A stretch of DNA of 64,000 bases from Camelus ferus. Lineage: Eukaryota. Shown here one piece after another: positions 63,101 to 64,000 of the stretch (its first letter is position 1; each line of letters starts with the position of its first letter). Under the pieces are notes generated by a model. It was given only the letters and a program-made list of their open reading frames with translations. It did not search any database and was not told where the DNA came from. The stretch is taken from contig NC_045696.1 in assembly GCF_009834535.1 (NCBI RefSeq), forward strand, positions 120,282,001-120,346,000, given 5' to 3'. The translations under genes were made by a program, and so were the position numbers.

Positions 63101-63462
63101 AAACCACTGCTGGGACCCTCCTGACTTCACAATGCGGACTCCAGAGAGATTGGGAAATAAAATGGCAACAAATTTAAAAAATTTTTTTTTTTTTACATTC
63201 TTGGTGTGTGTCAGGGAAAGAGCATTGGAGACTCCAATTCACACACCAATCACTTGCTCTGTTTCTGTTTCCCTAGGGCGCTAAAGGCATGGCCGGGCAG
63301 CCCGTGTATTCTGTACGTATGTCTTTAATCATGAAAGATAATCCAACCAGTTCACCGGGAAATAAATGTGGCCCCTTGGAGATCACTGTACTCATGTCTG
63401 TCTTCTGTCTCCTTGAAATTTCCAGCAGTGTGATCTGGTTCAATTCCTGCGGGACCACAGCC
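14292..63462 (+). CDS. COL6A5: Collagen type VI alpha-5 chain gene, 30 coding exons in window, 3'-incomplete; carries a +1 frameshift in coding exon 6
   Basis: Spliced translation begins MKTLLIIFVLNLWTETLTDQSPGPGPEYADVVFLVDSS, then 7 VWA domains, CCCAFCKC, a 336-aa Gly-X-Y helix and QCDLVQFLRDHS. It closely resembles human COL6A5 as recalled. All introns are GT-AG with consistent phases. Confidence 0.96.
15739..16329 (+). CDS. COL6A5: Coding exon 2: VWA domain 1 (591 nt, phase 1-1)
   Basis: aatag|GG...GCAG|gtgag; ADVVFLVDSSDQ...RVGLAQYSD...ILVVLAS. Confidence 0.95.
15750..17050. promoter_or_regulatory. Intragenic CpG-rich region (VWA1 exon and a CG cluster at about 16960-17045)
   Basis: Visibly dense CpG relative to the AT-rich flanks; gcgcgcgcgc adjacent to a reverse CCAAT box. 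Confidence 0.5.
17056..17135. repeat. (TG)~40 microsatellite
   Basis: Uninterrupted TG repeat. Confidence 0.97.
17455..18076 (-). mobile_element. 5'-truncated young L1
   Basis: [38 protein letters not shown] gaggttatc. Confidence 0.9.
18200..18687 (-). mobile_element. 5'-truncated young L1
   Basis: YYSAIKNDNITPFVATWMSLENVILSEVSQ; TSD tcttcctttt. Confidence 0.88.
18980..19380. repeat. Degenerate (GGT/GAT)n low-complexity repeat with ~80-bp higher-order units
   Basis: gaagaccatgg-type motif at 19196, 19280 and 19358. Confidence 0.9.
19619..20251 (+). CDS. COL6A5: Coding exon 3: VWA domain 2 (633 nt, phase 1-1)
   Basis: ccacag|TT...ACTG|gtatg; CQKDSLADLMFLVDES...GVPQIAVLVT. Confidence 0.95.
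20672..20870. mobile_element. MER3-like hAT MITE
   Basis: cagtgctgttgaatggaattttctgc...ttgagcacctgaaatgtgg...attggacagtgcag. Confidence 0.7.
21908..21996 (-). mobile_element. Vic-1-like SINE
   Basis: ggaggtactgggaattgaacccagaaccttgtgcgtgctaagc. Confidence 0.85.
23452..23662. mobile_element. MER3-like hAT MITE
   Basis: cagcactgtccaattgaac...gaaatgtggctat...gtggctagtgtattggac. Confidence 0.7.
24068..24267 (+). mobile_element. Young L1 3' end
   Basis: tagataaacaagattatactgtatagcacaggg...ttgacacaacattgtaaa + A tail. Confidence 0.85.
24942..25790 (-). mobile_element. L1 3' end with a second L1 3' end nested inside (about 25385-25667)
   Basis: Two poly-T-led L1 3'UTR copies; the outer element resumes at atttcattctttttactgctgagtagtattcc. 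Confidence 0.8.
26234..26794 (+). CDS. COL6A5: Coding exon 4: VWA domain 3 (561 nt, phase 1-1)
   Basis: ctgcag|GC...AAAG|gtaag; ADLYFLIDGSGS (DxSxS)...VLTDG. Confidence 0.95.
27089..27152. repeat. Compound (TG)n-(CG)n-(CA)n microsatellite
   Basis: Alternating purine-pyrimidine tract. Confidence 0.92.
30102..30656 (+). CDS. COL6A5: Coding exon 5: VWA domain 4 (555 nt, phase 1-1)
   Basis: gtgcag|GA...CACG|gtaag; ADIMFLVDGSRS...LITDG. Confidence 0.95.
31320..31459 (-). mobile_element. Vic-1-like SINE
   Basis: gaggtactggggatggaacccaggacttggtgcatgctaag. Confidence 0.85.
32707..33283 (+). CDS. COL6A5: Coding exon 6: VWA domain 5 (577 nt; frameshifted)
   Basis: tttcag|AT...GAGG|gtaag. The domain is split over two frames: DCKRIKLLDIVFVLDHSGS...VKKSD in ORF 32628 and VGPDRVQFGAL...MCTNAGE in ORF 32827. 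Confidence 0.93.
32825..32870 (+). pseudogene. COL6A5: Inactivating lesion as assembled: 1-bp insertion (32825 or 32826) leading to premature TGA at 32868-32870
   Basis: AAA TCG GAC T GTG GGC CCG GAC CGA GTT CAG; removing one base restores a continuous VWA frame. The confidence reflects that it may be an assembly error or a polymorphism. Confidence 0.4.
35420..35672 (-). mobile_element. Two tandem Vic-1-like SINEs; the first has a (CTAT)n tract, the second is internally deleted
   Basis: gaggtaccaggagttgaacccaggaccttgtgcatgctaagc; then gaggtactggggact...ctgagctgtaccctcc. Confidence 0.8.
36189..36764 (+). CDS. COL6A5: Coding exon 7: VWA domain 6 (576 nt, phase 1-1)
   Basis: ttgcag|TC...ACCA|gtaagt; ADVIFFCDGSTR...GVPQILVVITSG. 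Confidence 0.95.
37885..38180 (+). mobile_element. L1 3' end with 13-bp TSD
   Basis: TSD GAAATGTAGATTT at 37872-37884 and 38181-38193. Confidence 0.88.
38803..39143 (+). CDS. COL6A5: Coding exon 8: VWA domain 7, part 1
   Basis: ctccag|AC...CAG|gtacc; CFLDVVVGFDIST...SRGQ. Confidence 0.93.
39245..39326 (+). CDS. COL6A5: Coding exon 9: VWA domain 7, part 2
   Basis: ctctag|GTG...GCAG|gtatg; VLLIFSDGLGGESKAVLEDQSDRLREA. Confidence 0.92.
41285..41408 (-). mobile_element. Vic-1-like SINE ending ~30 nt upstream of the coding exon 10 acceptor
   Basis: gaggtgctggggattgaacccaggacctcatgcatgctaagc. Confidence 0.87.
41439..41581 (+). CDS. COL6A5: Coding exon 10: VWA domain 7, part 3
   Basis: gcctag|GA...CTG|gtgag; GLDALLVVSLNTTAHDEFSSFEFGKGFDYRTPLTIGTRELGKRLSQYL; not in the ORF track. 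Confidence 0.92.
41647..41840 (-). mobile_element. Vic-1-like SINE plus short L1 3' tip within one TSD
   Basis: TSD ATTGGAATCTT at 41632-41642 and 41845-41855. Confidence 0.82.
42336..42356. repeat. (GCT)7 trinucleotide repeat upstream of an acceptor
   Basis: gctgctgctgctgctgctgct. Confidence 0.95.
42381..42473 (+). CDS. COL6A5: Coding exon 11: Cys-rich linker and start of triple helix
   Basis: cccag|GGA...AAG|gtacc; GNIAERTCCCAFCKCPGVPGPRGPRGQQALK. Confidence 0.93.
42860..43270 (+). mobile_element. Old L1M-type 3' end
   Basis: aatgaatgaactatggccacacatgacaac...atacatactgtatgattccatttat. Confidence 0.7.
44026..44079 (+). CDS. COL6A5: Collagen exon, 54 nt
   Basis: GFPGLKGSRGHRGEDGDP; ag/gt flanks. 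Confidence 0.92.
45797..45868 (+). CDS. COL6A5: Collagen exon, 72 nt (RGD and helix Cys)
   Basis: GTRGDTGPQGNTGIAGCPGEQGQK; ag/gt flanks. Confidence 0.92.
46192..46218 (+). CDS. COL6A5: Collagen micro-exon, 27 nt
   Basis: GARGFSGYK; acag|...|gtact. Confidence 0.88.
46306..46350 (+). CDS. COL6A5: Collagen exon, 45 nt
   Basis: GEHGDDGVDGLSGEE; ag/gt flanks. Confidence 0.92.
46440..46493 (+). CDS. COL6A5: Collagen exon, 54 nt
   Basis: GVRGFPGNKGEKGDQGSQ. Confidence 0.92.
47830..48030. mobile_element. MER3-like hAT MITE
   Basis: tgtccaat...ctagtggccaccatactggacagtgcag...tccatctctgcagaaaattct. Confidence 0.6.
48253..48315 (+). CDS. COL6A5: Collagen exon, 63 nt
   Basis: GSPGSRGPPGGYGEKGFPGDP. 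Confidence 0.92.
48964..49029 (+). CDS. COL6A5: Collagen exon, 66 nt (interruption NNIK)
   Basis: GNPGQNNNIKGQKGSKGEQGRQ. Confidence 0.92.
49466..49519 (+). CDS. COL6A5: Collagen exon, 54 nt (interruption SSQ)
   Basis: GRTGQKGTPGSPSSQGSR. Confidence 0.9.
49605..49790. mobile_element. MER20-like hAT element
   Basis: ggccagatgattctttgttgtgggggactgtcctgtgcat...cagttgtgacatccaaaaa. Confidence 0.75.
51200..51380 (-). mobile_element. MIR SINE
   Basis: ttgaatcctcataacaa...attttacagatgagaaaa...ctgggtttgaacc. Confidence 0.75.
51385..51966 (+). mobile_element. 5'-truncated L1, followed by an inverted SINE fragment (about 51970-52022)
   Basis: ALFTITKTWKQPKCPWTGDWIKKLWSIHTMEYYS; then caggacctcgtgcagg...ctacccctgagctgcaccctcc. 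Confidence 0.87.
53257..53292 (+). CDS. COL6A5: Collagen exon, 36 nt
   Basis: GREGQRGTQGAP. Confidence 0.9.
53745..54494 (+). mobile_element. 5'-truncated young L1 with (GA)n tail
   Basis: LKIDLPHDPAIPLLGIYPEGTLIRKDPCIPVSIAALFTTAKTWKQ. Confidence 0.9.
54549..54611 (+). CDS. COL6A5: Collagen exon, 63 nt
   Basis: GQPGNPGPQGALGPEGLQGPQ. Confidence 0.92.
56029..56091 (+). CDS. COL6A5: Collagen exon, 63 nt (AAG acceptor)
   Basis: GLNGIPGRKGEKGNQGHKGPQ; ccaaag|...|gtgag. Confidence 0.9.
57114..57176 (+). CDS. COL6A5: Collagen exon, 63 nt
   Basis: GAAGPVGDKGSDGRPGPLGKK. Confidence 0.92.
57628..57792. mobile_element. MER91-like hAT MITE
   Basis: cagggccagcttcctgggc...gtgcagtgacacaggg...cccacaaattgtgtagc. 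Confidence 0.55.
58506..58568 (+). CDS. COL6A5: Collagen exon, 63 nt
   Basis: GEPGIPGDPGPAGQAGPRGKQ. Confidence 0.92.
58860..58966 (+). mobile_element. Full-length Vic-1-like tRNA-derived SINE
   Basis: A box TAGCTCAGTGG, B box GGTTCAATCC, A tail, TSD AAAACTCCAG (58850-58859 and 58967-58976). Confidence 0.9.
59050..59770 (-). mobile_element. Ancient L1ME-like 3' fragment
   Basis: ttgggtatttactttgcttccagttt...aatgaacattctt...ttgcatttctttggttact. Confidence 0.55.
60100..60150 (+). CDS. COL6A5: Collagen exon, 51 nt (GY-G interruption)
   Basis: GDYGIPGYGPTGRKGVK. Confidence 0.91.
60272..60307 (+). CDS. COL6A5: Collagen exon, 36 nt
   Basis: GPRGFPGNMGQK. Confidence 0.9.
61678..61740 (+). CDS. 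COL6A5: Collagen exon, 63 nt
   Basis: GDVGDPGIPGGPGPKGFRGLP. Confidence 0.92.
62663..62725 (+). CDS. COL6A5: Collagen exon, 63 nt (LTV interruption)
   Basis: ctgcag|LTVGLKGEEGSPGRQGPPGQR|gtaag. Confidence 0.9.
63277..63312 (+). CDS. COL6A5: Last triple-helix exon, 36 nt
   Basis: GAKGMAGQPVYS. Confidence 0.9.
63426..63462 (+). CDS. COL6A5: First post-helix exon, 37 nt
   Basis: tccag|CAG TGT GAT...AGC C|gtgag; QCDLVQFLRDHS. Confidence 0.9.
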
Positions 63463-64000
63463 GTGAGTATCTGGGTGTCCTAGACCGAGAGCGTCAGTGA
63501 TGGGTGAAGGCACTTAGGCCCAAGGTGGGGCGGGCATGTGGAATCGGTGGTGGTGGAGCCTCACGTCCTCATGAGCAGGCTCGCCGTGAGTGCCTGCTGG
63601 AGGAACAGCTCGCAGCCAAGGCGGGAGGAAAAGCCACACGCCATAGCTCAGGAGGCACGGCTCGTACAGGGAGAGAAAGCACTCCCATGGGAGACAATCA
63701 GTGACCAGCTGGAAAGGTGTGCAGTCAGCTCACACTAGTGCCACAGTTACGTGCAGAGGCCTGGGGTGGGGGGCACGGTGTTCCAGGCAGGAACGTGGAG
63801 GAGGGGTTAGTGGGCTACTTAGTTCATGAAGGCTCCTTGGATGGAGGTCACTGAATCCGGATACGGGGACGTGATGGGAGCGGCGAGAGAACAGTTTCAG
63901 CAAAGGAATAAAGCAGGAATCGACAAATGGAGGGATCTTTTCTTATGAAGAAGGGGAAGTGAGTTAGCAAAACCCCAGGGATCCCACTTCTGGAAATTTA

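Noticed and set aside
14292..63462. Assignment to COL6A6, COL6A4 or COL6A3
   Set aside because: The signal peptide, the seven-VWA layout and the helix interruptions match COL6A5 as recalled; reciprocal BLAST would confirm.

Overview
This is mammalian genomic DNA, most likely from a camelid: it carries repeated tRNA-derived Vic-1-like SINEs and many L1 3' ends. The window holds most of the collagen VI alpha-5 gene (COL6A5) on the + strand. I traced 30 coding exons by hand, all with GT-AG boundaries. They encode a signal peptide (ATG at 14292), seven N-terminal VWA domains, a 336-residue triple helix with five interruptions, an RGD motif and a Cys at helix position 50, and the first exon after the helix (63426-63462). 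The first non-coding exon/promoter and the C-terminal exons are not seen and probably lie outside the window. The main anomaly is one extra base at 32825/32826 in the fifth VWA exon. It makes that exon 577 nt instead of 576, shifts the frame and stops translation at TGA 32868-32870 (856 aa). Every other exon is intact and in phase, so this is a recent loss-of-function allele, incipient pseudogenisation, or an assembly error. The introns consist mostly of L1, SINE, MIR/L2, hAT MITEs and microsatellites. I found no CRISPR, prokaryotic or otherwise novel multi-gene system. Most ORFs in the supplied track are spurious or are repeat fragments. Repeat-family names and human comparisons are from memory and need RepeatMasker/BLAST confirmation.
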